Source: a virus (lineage: Duplodnaviria; Caudoviricetes). Taken from it: a DNA stretch of 59,137 bases. Below the pieces are notes generated by a model, which searched no databases, was not told the DNA's origin, and saw only the letters and a program-made list of their open reading frames with translations. How positions within the stretch are numbered: position 1 is the stretch's first letter; every line of letters starts with the position of its first letter. The stretch covers positions 1 through 59,137 of the IMG/VR virus record IMGVR_UViG_3300002461_000254; one strand, 5' to 3'. Shown here in pieces: positions 1 to 8,890 of the stretch. Position numbers and translations under genes: made by a program.

Positions 1-162
1 CTCGCCGGCGCCGACCGCGTGCTGCTCGGCTCCGACTATCCCTTCGACATGGGCGACCTCGATCCCGTCGGCCTGCTCGCGAGTTGCAAGGGGCTCGACG
101 CCGCGGCCCGCAAGGCCATCGAGGCCGACAACGCCAAGAGCCTGTTCCGGATCGGCGGATGA
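1..162 (+). CDS. amidohydrolase family protein (ACMSD/LigW-like), 3' end only
   Basis: Frame 1 reads GADRVLLGSDYPFDMG...NAKSLFRI, stop at 160-162; typical amidohydrolase_2 C-terminus. Confidence 0.8.
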   Translation, partial: LAGADRVLLGSDYPFDMGDLDPVGLLASCKGLDAAARKAIEADNAKSLFRIGG

Positions 163-2378
163 GCCGCGACCGCCGACGGTTCCTGACCGGGGAGGGGGCC
201 TATACCGCCGACGTCGCCGTCGAGGGCGCTGTCCACGCCGCCTTCGTCCGGTCGGACTACGCCCATGCCCGGCTGGTCGAGGTCGCGACGGACGAGGCGA
301 GGGCCATGCCCGGCGTGCTCGCGGTGGTCACCGCCGCCGACCTCGGGGAAATTCGCGGCTTTCCGTCGTTCCTCCGCTATCCTGACCGGGACGGACGCCC
401 CTTTGCCGCACCGCCGCGGCCCGTCATGGCCTCCGATCGGGTCCGCCATGTCGGCGAGATCGTCGCGATGGTCGTCGCCGGGACGGCGACGGCCGCGCAG
501 GATGCGGCCGAGCGTGTCGTCGTTCGCTACGCCGATTGTCCGGTGGTCACCGGCTGGTCGGCTGACGAGCCCGTCGACGTCCCCATCCACGAGGCCTTCC
601 CGACCAACGTCGCCTATCGCGGGCTGTTCGGGGACCCCGCCGCCTGCCGTGCCGCCGAGGGCCGCGCGGCCCATGTCGTGACGCTGGAGGTGTCCCTTCC
701 ACGCGTCGTCCCCAATGCCATGGAGCCGCGGTCCGCCGTCGGGCGCTGGAACGCCGAGGAGGGCGCCTACGATCTCTGGGCGCCGCACCAGGGCATTCCC
801 GAGATCCGCCGCGACCTCGCCGTGGCGCTGGACGTTCCCGCGGACCGGGTCCGCATCCATCCCGTCGACGTCGGAGGCGGGTTCGGCGCTCGCGGCCCCG
901 CCTATCCCGAATATGCCGCCGTGCTGGTGGCGGCGCGGCTGGTCGGGCGGCCGGTCCGCTGGATCGGCACCCGTCTCGAAGGCTTCCTCGGCGAGCATCA
1001 CGGGCGGGGAACGCGCCTGTCGGGGCGCCTCGCCGTCGATGCGGCGGGCCGCTTCCAGTCCCTCCACGTCCGGCTCGACGGCGACCTCGGCGCCTGGGTG
1101 ACGCCGGTCGGCGCGCATATCCACGTCCACAATCCCCTGCAGACCCTGACGGGCGTCTACCGGATCCCGGTGGCGGCCTTCGAGCCGACGCTTCACGTCA
1201 CCAACGCCGTGCCGACCGGCCCCTATCGCGGCGCGGGCCGCCCCGACATCGCGCTGCTGGTGGAACGGCTCGTGGACGAGGCGGCGAAGGTCACCGGCCG
1301 GGATCGCATCGCCCTGCGCCGGCGCAACGGCATTCCGCCCGTCCGGTTTCCGTTCAAGACCCCCACCGGCGCCACCTATGACAGCGGCGACTATCCGCGG
1401 TTGCTCGACCGCGCCCTCGCCGAGGCCGACTGGAAGGGCTTTCCCGCGCGCCGGCGGGCGAGCGCGCGCCAGGGCCTCCTGCGCGGCATCGGGCTGAGCC
1501 TCTTCACGGAAGTCGCGGGCGGAGGGCCGGTGGCGGCCGACGAGGTCGAGCTGGCGATCGCGGCGACCGACGATGGTCTCGTCGTCGACCTCGAGACGGT
1601 CACCGGCTCCACCGGGCAGTCGCACGGCGAGGCCTTCGCGCGCATCGTGGAGCGCGAACTCGAGGTCCCCGTCGCCTCGTTCCGCCTCGCCGGCAGCGCG
1701 GCCGCGACGACGCTCGCCGGGGCCGGGTCCTTCGGCTCCCGCTCGACGACCTCCGCGGGCTCCGCGGTGGCCTTGGCCTGCCGGATCCTCAAGGGTCGCG
1801 TTGCCGCGCTCGCCGGGCCGGGCGAAGCGCTCATCGAGACCATCCGCAAGGCCAACGACCCCGATCTCCTCCGCGTCAGGGCGTCGGCGCCGGTCTCCGT
1901 GACGTTTCCGGCCGGGTGTCATGTGGCCGAGGTCGAGATCGACCCGGCGACCGGTGTCACCCGCGTGGTCAGGTACGTGGCGGTCGACGATGCGGGCACG
2001 GTCATCGACCATGACGCCGTGCTCGGGCAGATCGCCGGAGGCGTCGCCCAGGGGATCGGCGAAGCACTCGGCGAGATCGCCGTCTACGACGCGGCGGGGC
2101 AGCTTCTCGCCTCGAGCTTCATGGATTACCGGATGCCGCGGGCCGCCGATGTGCCGCCCATCCGGATCTTCGATGAGGGCGTTCCCTCGCCCAACAACCC
2201 CCTCGGGGCGAAGGGCGCCGGCGAGGCCGGGACCACGGGGGCGCTCGGCGCCGTCGCCAACGCCGTCGCGGATGCCCTCGGCGTCTGCGGGCGGACCGCC
2301 CCCGACATGCCGTTCACGCCGGACCGCATGGTGGTGCCGGAGTTCTCGCCTTCACGGCGGCCGCGTTCGAGGGCCTAG
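159..2378 (+). CDS. xanthine dehydrogenase family molybdopterin-binding subunit (CoxL form II-like)
   Basis: Motifs DVGGGFG, PYRGAGRP, SFMDYRMPRA, GAKGAGEAG; ATG overlaps the upstream stop. Confidence 0.9.
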   Translation: MSRDRRRFLTGEGAYTADVAVEGAVHAAFVRSDYAHARLVEVATDEARAMPGVLAVVTAADLGEIRGFPSFLRYPDRDGRPFAAPPRPVMASDRVRHVGEIVAMVVAGTATAAQDAAERVVVRYADCPVVTGWSADEPVDVPIHEAFPTNVAYRGLFGDPAACRAAEGRAAHVVTLEVSLPRVVPNAMEPRSAVGRWNAEEGAYDLWAPHQGIPEIRRDLAVALDVPADRVRIHPVDVGGGFGARGPAYPEYAAVLVAARLVGRPVRWIGTRLEGFLGEHHGRGTRLSGRLAVDAAGRFQSLHVRLDGDLGAWVTPVGAHIHVHNPLQTLTGVYRIPVAAFEPTLHVTNAVPTGPYRGAGRPDIALLVERLVDEAAKVTGRDRIALRRRNGIPPVRFPFKTPTGATYDSGDYPRLLDRALAEADWKGFPARRRASARQGLLRGIGLSLFTEVAGGGPVAADEVELAIAATDDGLVVDLETVTGSTGQSHGEAFARIVERELEVPVASFRLAGSAAATTLAGAGSFGSRSTTSAGSAVALACRILKGRVAALAGPGEALIETIRKANDPDLLRVRASAPVSVTFPAGCHVAEVEIDPATGVTRVVRYVAVDDAGTVIDHDAVLGQIAGGVAQGIGEALGEIAVYDAAGQLLASSFMDYRMPRAADVPPIRIFDEGVPSPNNPLGAKGAGEAGTTGALGAVANAVADALGVCGRTAPDMPFTPDRMVVPEFSPSRRPRSRA

Positions 2379-2527
2379 CGGTCACCCGCGCGATCGTCCC
2401 GCCTCCCGGCCGTTCCGGCGCCCAGGGGCGCTGATCCGTCAGGCGGCGAAGCTGGCGATCCGACGACATGCGGACGATGCGCGAATTCCGAACCCTGCCG
2501 GACCGTCGCTGGATGGGGGACGTGGAA

Positions 2528-2574
2528 TGGTGGGCGCGACAGGGATTGAACCTGTGACCCCTCCCGTGTGAAGG
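2528..2574 (-). other. prophage att site = 3' half of tRNA-Val(CAC)
   Basis: Minus strand CCTTCACACGGGAGGGGTCACAGGTTCAATCCCTGTCGCGCCCACCA: anticodon loop, T-arm and CCA present, 5' half absent; close to the integrase. Confidence 0.9.
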
Positions 2575-2583
2575 CCGCGGGCA

Positions 2584-3285
2584 TCAGTCACGACGAAATC
2601 TCCTCATCATCTTTAGGCCGTTGTTTCTGCTAATGTTTCCTGAGATGATCGCCTCGCGGATTTGAGCGGGGCGCATCATCGCCCCCAGCTTTCCCCCAGT
2701 TGGTTCGATTTTTGGGGTTGGACGAGGGCCGCGATGGCGAACGGTGTCTCGGGCATTTTCGGCCGGTGTCCCCCAGTACAGGTTGGCCGCAGCGTTATTC
2801 GTCTTCACGCCGTCGATATGGCACGCATACCGGACCCCGGCCGGCTCGCCGTGGAAGGCGAGGGCCACGGCGCGATGAACACCCATCGACTTTGCTCTGC
2901 CGTCGTTGCGGTAAAGGGTGACGTGCAGGTAGCCGTCCGACCGCATTTTCGGCTTCAAAGGGCGCGGCGTCGGCGCGTGGTTTGAGAAGAAGGCGCGCCG
3001 CACTTCTCCTGCGCTGCTGGCCTCGTACTTCTCAAACCCTGGGATGGTCCTCCAAAGGATTGCGGCCTGCTCGCGCGCCAAGTGGCGTAGGCAGGATGCT
3101 CGGGTCGACTTGTCTGCCGAGCCCCAAAGGACAAGGATGGCGCGCTCGCGCGCTGTCAGCGGAACCGACCCCCCGAGAACAGCGGTCACGCGGTCATCGC
3201 TTGTGCCGAGCAGGGCCGCGCATTCGCCCCGGCCCATTCTGGCGACAGCCCTAGCGGCTCTGCTGGCGTCTGACAGACGTTTCAT
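2584..3285 (-). CDS. NUMOD4-HNH homing endonuclease
   Basis: WRTIPGFEKYEASSAGEVR (NUMOD4) and VHRAVALAF...HIDGVKTNNAAANLYWGT (HNH). Confidence 0.85.
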   Translation of the reverse strand: MKRLSDASRAARAVARMGRGECAALLGTSDDRVTAVLGGSVPLTARERAILVLWGSADKSTRASCLRHLAREQAAILWRTIPGFEKYEASSAGEVRRAFFSNHAPTPRPLKPKMRSDGYLHVTLYRNDGRAKSMGVHRAVALAFHGEPAGVRYACHIDGVKTNNAAANLYWGTPAENARDTVRHRGPRPTPKIEPTGGKLGAMMRPAQIREAIISGNISRNNGLKMMRRFRRD

Positions 3286-4330
3286 CTCGGGTGTCCGTGG
3301 TGAGCAGGGGCATCGCGTCGATCGACGGGGCGAGGTTGGCGACGTTCACATGGGCGTACCGCTGCACCATGGAAATCTGCTTCCAGCCGCCGAGCTGCAT
3401 GAGGGCGAGAAGGTCGCGGTGGCGCAGGTAGTGCCACGTCGCCCAGGTGTGCCGGCAGGTGTGCGGCGTGACCGTGGCCATATAGATCCAGCGACCCGTG
3501 ACAGGGTGGCGCTCCCGGATGCCCATGCCGGCCTTCACCGCGGCGATGGCGAAAGCCTTCTTGATCTGCCCGCCCTCACCGTCGCGGGGCTCATAGGGTT
3601 CGCCGTCTGGCCGGCGGAAGACAGCGCCGCGGCGGTGCTCCAGGTTTGCGAGTGCGGCCACCACGACCGGGTGCAGCGGAACGCCGCGGTCCTCGCCGTT
3701 CTTGGTGTCGAGGAAGATGACGTGCCCGCGCTGCAGGTCGACCTGGTTCCAGTCGAGATAGAGGGCTTCTGAGACGCGGGCGCCGGTGTAGAGCATGAAG
3801 GTCACGAGCGGTCGCAGGTGATCGCCGCAGGCCCCGACCAGCCGGCTCGCCTCCTCGACCGTCATCCACCGCGTCTTTCCCTTCGGCTGCTTCGGCCGCG
3901 CGACCTTCTTGAACTCGCACATGCCGCGGCTGGCGGCGTGGGTCAGCACCGCCGAGACGGGCGTGTAGACGTGACGGGTGAGGGTGCTCGTCTTCCCCTT
4001 CGGGTAGAGTGCCTTCGCGCAGGCGTCGATGGCAGCCTGGTCGATCTTGACCAGCAGCGTCTTCCCGAAATGCCGGATGAGCGGCGTCATGAATCGCGCC
4101 TCGCCTCCGAACTCGAGGTAGCTTGCAGCGGCGTGCGCGAACGTCGCGACAGCGGCACGACCGTGGATGGCTTCGTCGAGGAGTTCCGCTTCGCGCCGCG
4201 CCCGGAACTCTTCCGCCCGCCGCCTGTCGCGAGTGCCAGTGCTTTCCTCAATGCGTCGTCCCCGGACAGTCCCTCGGACGTACCAAGGACCATCTTCGTC
4301 TTTCCGTGAGCGAACGAGCCGGAGCGGCAT
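3251..4330 (-). CDS. int: prophage tyrosine integrase
   Basis: TGARVSEAL, TKNG, HTCRHTWAT, LGGW, RYAH catalytic motifs. Confidence 0.95.
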   Translation of the reverse strand: MPLRLVRSRKDEDGPWYVRGTVRGRRIEESTGTRDRRRAEEFRARREAELLDEAIHGRAAVATFAHAAASYLEFGGEARFMTPLIRHFGKTLLVKIDQAAIDACAKALYPKGKTSTLTRHVYTPVSAVLTHAASRGMCEFKKVARPKQPKGKTRWMTVEEASRLVGACGDHLRPLVTFMLYTGARVSEALYLDWNQVDLQRGHVIFLDTKNGEDRGVPLHPVVVAALANLEHRRGAVFRRPDGEPYEPRDGEGGQIKKAFAIAAVKAGMGIRERHPVTGRWIYMATVTPHTCRHTWATWHYLRHRDLLALMQLGGWKQISMVQRYAHVNVANLAPSIDAMPLLTTDTRDETSVRRQQSR

Positions 4331-4506
4331 TTCATGGCCTCGCGCATGGTGATGATGTCGGCCGGGAGGAACCGCCAGGAGCGACCGATCCGGTAGCCGT
4401 GATCAGGGTGAGACGAGAGCCAACCTTGCAGCCATCGGCGAGAGCAGCCAAGGGCCTCGGCGGCGCCGTCCAGTGTCATCGGGCGGTCGATGGCGACGGT
4501 GGTCAT
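4087..4506 (-). CDS. excisionase-like HTH protein
   Basis: MTLDGAAEALGCSRRWL...RIGRSWRF (HTH_17-like), upstream of and overlapping int. Confidence 0.7.
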   Translation of the reverse strand: MTTVAIDRPMTLDGAAEALGCSRRWLQGWLSSHPDHGYRIGRSWRFLPADIITMREAMKCRSGSFAHGKTKMVLGTSEGLSGDDALRKALALATGGGRKSSGRGAKRNSSTKPSTVVPLSRRSRTPLQATSSSEARRDS

Positions 4507-5042
4507 TCCTCGGCTCCCGGCAATGGCTGACCGGCTGCGGCAGCGGCGATCAGTTTGAGCGCGCGCATTGACAGCCGGAACCACTCGCCCTGCAGGCGAT
4601 CGCGGTCGAGATATTCGTGGCAGCGCCTTTCCATTTGCCGACTGCCCGGCACGCAAGTGAGCGACGTGATCTGGCGGGCAAGGCCGGTCTGCAAGGCCTC
4701 AAGCCGCGACAGCGGGTCCTTGGAATAGCCGACCTTCAACGTCTCTCCGACCACGAGGAAATAGACGAAGGCGCCTTCGACCTTCGGTTTTCGTCCCCGG
4801 GACTGGATGCGCGAGCGCGTGTCGGCCGCGGCCACGCACTCCTCAAACTGCACGGATCCAGGCTCGCCGTAGATTCTCACCAGAGGGCCGCGCTGATCCT
4901 TGGGCAGGGTGCGGCCCTTTTGGAAATAGTAGTAGGCCTTGCCGTTCTTGCGAACGCAGAACACGTTGAGCGGCAGCCGGGGCTTGGCCGCGGCGGTGTC
5001 GCCGGAGACGAAAACGGGGGCGGGCGCGGCGCGGGGCTTCAT
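4503..5042 (-). CDS. GIY-YIG / T5orf172 domain protein
   Basis: FVYFLVVGETLKVGYS...RLEALQTG...GEWF. Confidence 0.8.
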   Translation of the reverse strand: MKPRAAPAPVFVSGDTAAAKPRLPLNVFCVRKNGKAYYYFQKGRTLPKDQRGPLVRIYGEPGSVQFEECVAAADTRSRIQSRGRKPKVEGAFVYFLVVGETLKVGYSKDPLSRLEALQTGLARQITSLTCVPGSRQMERRCHEYLDRDRLQGEWFRLSMRALKLIAAAAAGQPLPGAEE

Positions 5043-5416
5043 CGCCTCACCACCGTTCCATCCATGCGCTTCTTGATGCCGCTCGCGCGTGAGCCGGGCA
5101 TGGGTCGACCCTTCGGCTTGGCCAGCCCGAGCGCCTTCTTCCTGATCCGGTCCACCTTCGCGCGTTCCTTCACGTCCTGCGCCGTCTTCTCCCGGTGCTT
5201 GTCGCGAAGGGCCGGGGCCAGGTTGCTTTCCGAGTGGGTGCCGCCGTTGCACAGTGCGATCTTGTGGTCGAAGTCATAGGCATCGCCGGGCATGATCTTT
5301 CGGCCCGTGAGCCAGCACCGGCCGCCCTCGCGTTCCCAGATGCGAAGTTTCACGCGATCCGGGATCTTGCTGTCTGGCGATGCGCCAACCCATTCCTCGA
5401 CGGAGCGGCCGATCAT
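5039..5416 (-). CDS. small HNH endonuclease
   Basis: DFDHKIALCNGGTHSESNLAP. Confidence 0.85.
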   Translation of the reverse strand: MIGRSVEEWVGASPDSKIPDRVKLRIWEREGGRCWLTGRKIMPGDAYDFDHKIALCNGGTHSESNLAPALRDKHREKTAQDVKERAKVDRIRKKALGLAKPKGRPMPGSRASGIKKRMDGTVVRR

Positions 5417-5670
5417 GGCTGACGCTCCGCCTTGTCAAGCGCGGCCTGCATCTCGCGGAAGGCGACCCCTGCATTGCGCTCGTGCTCTTCGGCGCTGACC
5501 GGCGGTCCCCATGGGTCGCGGCCCATTTCTCGCGCGTCGTTCTGATAGGCCCAGTCCCCCACATAGGGCAGGATCGGCAGCGTGACGCGAAGTCCTGTCC
5601 AGCGAAGCGGCAGGAGCATGAACAGGTGGTAGCAGACGAAAGCGCGGATCATTCGCAGGTGACGGGCCAT
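5413..5670 (-). CDS. hypothetical protein
   Basis: ORF coupled to its neighbours in the early-left operon. Confidence 0.55.
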   Translation of the reverse strand: MARHLRMIRAFVCYHLFMLLPLRWTGLRVTLPILPYVGDWAYQNDAREMGRDPWGPPVSAEEHERNAGVAFREMQAALDKAERQP

Positions 5671-5930
5671 CAGTTCGCCCTCCGCATTGCGCCCGGTCCA
5701 GCCTCTCGCGCCCGCTCCATCACGTCCGAAGCGATCTCCGCCTCGAGCGTGTCCTTGACCAGGCAGAGGAGGGCCACGCGGTCGCGCTGGTGTTCCTGCG
5801 CTGCGATCGTCTGGCCGAGGACGGTGGCCAGGGCCTGCACGACCGGGATCGGCCGGGGTCGGTTTCCCATGTGCGCGGCCATGTGCTCGGCGACGAGGAC
5901 CGTGATGCCGGTTTCGAGGTCGGGCTTCAT
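5670..5930 (-). CDS. hypothetical protein
   Basis: Coupled ORF with RBS. Confidence 0.6.
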   Translation of the reverse strand: MKPDLETGITVLVAEHMAAHMGNRPRPIPVVQALATVLGQTIAAQEHQRDRVALLCLVKDTLEAEIASDVMERAREAGPGAMRRAN

Positions 5931-6730
5931 GCTGCCTTCCCTTCGTCCGTTTTGACCGCGCCGTCGAAGGTCGCCAATGCGCTACGGATGCGCGCTGCAG
6001 CCTGTTCTGCCTGCGCGGCAAGGCCCATGATCCCCGCGTAGGTGGCAAGCACCCCTGAGTTTCTGACGAGATTGACCGCCTTCGCGAACTCAGCGTCGTC
6101 GAATGCCCACTGATCCAGTGGAACGCCGATCATCTTCTCGATCCGCTCGACCTTGGCCGCCGCTTCTTCGGCCCGACGGGAGCGAAACTCGCGGTCTCGC
6201 TTGATTGCGGATTCAATCTTCGCCTCGCGGTCGCGGCGCTCCTCCTGTAGTGCCTTCTGGACTGCGCTCTCAACGACGGCGGCGTCAATGCCGCCCGCGG
6301 ACCGAAGCAGGCTGCAGAGGAAATCTCGCGTCGGCGGTTCCGGCGAAAGACGCGGGGCCTTCCGCTGCTCGCGGATCACGCCGCCCTTTACGGTGAGGAG
6401 CCCCCAGGTCTCGGGAACCTCGCTGGCCTCGACAAGGCCCGCCGGGCAGGCGAGATACCAGCGATTGCAGAACCGCATGAGGTCCTGCGCCTTCTTTGGA
6501 TTGGCTATCTCGCGCTTCCAATCCGAACGCGACACCTTGATCTCGATGCCGTGGATTTCCTGCCCGGTTGACGGCCAGATGCCTATCCCAAGCGCGTCAA
6601 TGCGGCGCCCGGCGTTCATTCCCGTCCCGTCCGCCACTTCGTAGAAAAGGGCGTGCGACGGGAGTGGGTAGCGAGTGCGCAGCGCCGCACAGATTGCCGA
6701 CGAGGTGATGCGCTCTTCGGTCTCGCTCAT
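5927..6730 (-). CDS. PD-(D/E)XK nuclease-like (MmcB-like) protein
   Basis: YEV...RIDALG...GIEIKVSRSDWKRE. Confidence 0.7.
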   Translation of the reverse strand: MSETEERITSSAICAALRTRYPLPSHALFYEVADGTGMNAGRRIDALGIGIWPSTGQEIHGIEIKVSRSDWKREIANPKKAQDLMRFCNRWYLACPAGLVEASEVPETWGLLTVKGGVIREQRKAPRLSPEPPTRDFLCSLLRSAGGIDAAVVESAVQKALQEERRDREAKIESAIKRDREFRSRRAEEAAAKVERIEKMIGVPLDQWAFDDAEFAKAVNLVRNSGVLATYAGIMGLAAQAEQAAARIRSALATFDGAVKTDEGKAA

Positions 6731-6791
6731 GCTGCCCTCGCGGATTCGAGATCGGACGGGGGAACGCCGAGCATGTCGGCGATGATGGCGG

Positions 6792-7811
6792 TCATGGCGC
6801 GAGCTCCGCTTCACGGCGGTTGAACACCTCGACCACCTTGACGTGGTCCGGCGGCATCAGGTCGGCGGCATCGAGCGGCTCGGTAACGTGGTCGTTCCAG
6901 AGGTCCTCGACCGTGTCGGCGGTCGCGTCCTTCAGAACTGCCTCGGCGAAGGCGATCCAGTCCTCGACCGGCGCGTCCTTGGCAGGAGCAGCGGGCGCCG
7001 GGGTCGAGGGGCCCACCTTCTCCCCGGCTTCCGAGCTGGCTTCCTCCTGGGCGGGCTCGCGAGGCCGCTCCTCCTCGACCGCAGCCTGGGTGACTGCAGG
7101 TTCCGTGATTTCGCCGGTCTCGGCGTCGACGTGATGGACGTTGAAGCCGGGCGCGGCCGCAGCCGGCGCCGTGGCGAACCTATCGGCGAGGCTCGCCTTC
7201 GGCGTCACGTCCCTCGGCTCGCCGGCGGGCAGTTCGTCGGGCGTGTAGATGCCGAGCAGCACGTCGGGGAAATGCCGGCGGCACAGCGCCCGGGCCGAGT
7301 AGTAGAACAGCTGCTGATCCGGGTCGGCGACCCACAGCGGCGAGTTCTTGACCTTGATCGCGTTGAACGGCGGGCTCGTGTAGTCGACCGCGCCTCCGTC
7401 CTTCAGCGCCGCGGTGATCTTGCAGACCCGCGACGGGCCGGTGCCGCTGTATTCGACCGCGAAGCGGCCCTTGATCGGCGCCCTGGCGAGGATGACGGCC
7501 TGGACGAGCTGACTCTCGAAAGCCAGCCGGTCGTTCACCGAGTAGGACTTGTTGGCGACCTGGAACGGGTGGAGCTGCCAGTCGAGCGCCTGGATGGTGA
7601 CGGCGAGGCAGGCGCCAGGGTTGTTCCGCAGGTGCTTCGGCACGGCCACGTCAGAGATCGCCATCAGCTTGGCGAACTCCATGACCTGGCCCATGTCCTG
7701 AAACGACAGGTTCCCGCGCTGCGGAGAGACAGCGACGGCACCGGCGCGCTGCGGGTCGACACGCTCGGCGATCTTGCGGCTCTCTTCGGAAATCGTCAGC
7801 ACGTTGGTCAC
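6792..7811 (-). CDS. recT: RecT-family recombinase
   Basis: VPKHLRNNPGACLAV, SPLWVADPDQQLFY, DVLLGIYTPDEL; adjacent to RecE-like gene. Confidence 0.85.
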   Translation of the reverse strand: MTNVLTISEESRKIAERVDPQRAGAVAVSPQRGNLSFQDMGQVMEFAKLMAISDVAVPKHLRNNPGACLAVTIQALDWQLHPFQVANKSYSVNDRLAFESQLVQAVILARAPIKGRFAVEYSGTGPSRVCKITAALKDGGAVDYTSPPFNAIKVKNSPLWVADPDQQLFYYSARALCRRHFPDVLLGIYTPDELPAGEPRDVTPKASLADRFATAPAAAAPGFNVHHVDAETGEITEPAVTQAAVEEERPREPAQEEASSEAGEKVGPSTPAPAAPAKDAPVEDWIAFAEAVLKDATADTVEDLWNDHVTEPLDAADLMPPDHVKVVEVFNRREAELAP

Positions 7812-8764
7812 GCGGCCTTCTCCTCTGGCAGCCGGCCGTCTTCCGCCTCTTGCTCAAGGCGCTTCTGGTAGAAGGCGGGCAGGTAAACGGGGGACAGATC
7901 GTCTTCGTAGGCGGGAAAGTCGCCGCTCTCGATGCAGCGGGCGAAGGTGTCGATGGCGCGCCTGATCTGCCGGCGGCCGTAGTAGATGGCCTCGGCGTCG
8001 ACGGGCTTGATGTTCACGGCGAAGGGCGGGGTCTTCTCGACGAAGACGAGGACATAGTCGTCATTGCCCGGCGCCTCGCCGGTGACGGCCTCGACGCCCA
8101 TCCCGGCCAGCGCGAGCTGCATGTGGTAGCCGTGGTCGGCGACCGAGCGGGCGATGGACTGGCGGTCGGCGGCGGCGCAGGTCTTCAGGTCGACGAGGCA
8201 GCGGTCGCGCGGGAGCGCATCGGGCCGGGCCTTAAGCCAGACGCCGGTGGCCGCGTCCTTCCAGACGATCGTCTGCTCGATCTCGCCGTTCAGCAGCCCG
8301 CCCTGGATGACCGGGTGGCGGGCGAGGCTGGCGGAGATGCGCTTGATGACCTCGACCTGGTCGAGTGTGAGCACCGTGCGGCCCGCTTTCCGCATGTCGA
8401 TGCGCCATTGCTGCGCGGCGTCGCTACGCCAGTCCTTCCACTGCTTCGGGCGGACGGCGAAGGCCTCGCGGAATCCGCTCTCGCCGAGCAGCAGCACATG
8501 CGCGGCCCGGCCGAAATCGAGAGCGTCGGACGGCTCCTCCGGCTCGCGGTCGGGGTTGTAGGGCGACCGGCACCAGTAGTGCGCCGGGCTGTCGTTCTCG
8601 ATAGTCCGGAGGCCCGTCGAAGAGATGGACGGGCCATCGCACAGGCCGGCGCCGTGGTAGACCTCGGCCGGGACGCCCGCATAGATGCCGGGCGCGCTGA
8701 TCGGCTGGCCGTCCCACTGCCTGGGGCGGATCACGGCGCCGCCGGTGATGAACATGCCGTCCAT
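7808..8764 (-). CDS. RecE-like exonuclease (DUF3799)
   Basis: ISSTGLR, DFGRAAH, KARPD...VDLKT, YHMQLAL. Confidence 0.85.
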   Translation of the reverse strand: MDGMFITGGAVIRPRQWDGQPISAPGIYAGVPAEVYHGAGLCDGPSISSTGLRTIENDSPAHYWCRSPYNPDREPEEPSDALDFGRAAHVLLLGESGFREAFAVRPKQWKDWRSDAAQQWRIDMRKAGRTVLTLDQVEVIKRISASLARHPVIQGGLLNGEIEQTIVWKDAATGVWLKARPDALPRDRCLVDLKTCAAADRQSIARSVADHGYHMQLALAGMGVEAVTGEAPGNDDYVLVFVEKTPPFAVNIKPVDAEAIYYGRRQIRRAIDTFARCIESGDFPAYEDDLSPVYLPAFYQKRLEQEAEDGRLPEEKAA

Positions 8765-8890
8765 GGTTTCACGCTCCGTTGAGGATGAGGGCGCCGAGGA
8801 TGGTGATCCCCAGGGCGAGGGCGGCGAGGGTGATGCGCTGGCCGGTGGTGAAGCCGAAGCGGCAGGAGGTGCCGAGGCGGGAAGGGGTGG

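Noticed and set aside
36-2012. Long antisense and alternate-frame ORFs here and throughout the window
   Set aside because: Shadow ORFs of high-GC coding regions with no motifs
2528-2600. Complete tRNA-Val gene
   Set aside because: The 5' half (acceptor 5' strand, D-arm, most of the anticodon stem) is missing; it is the att duplicate
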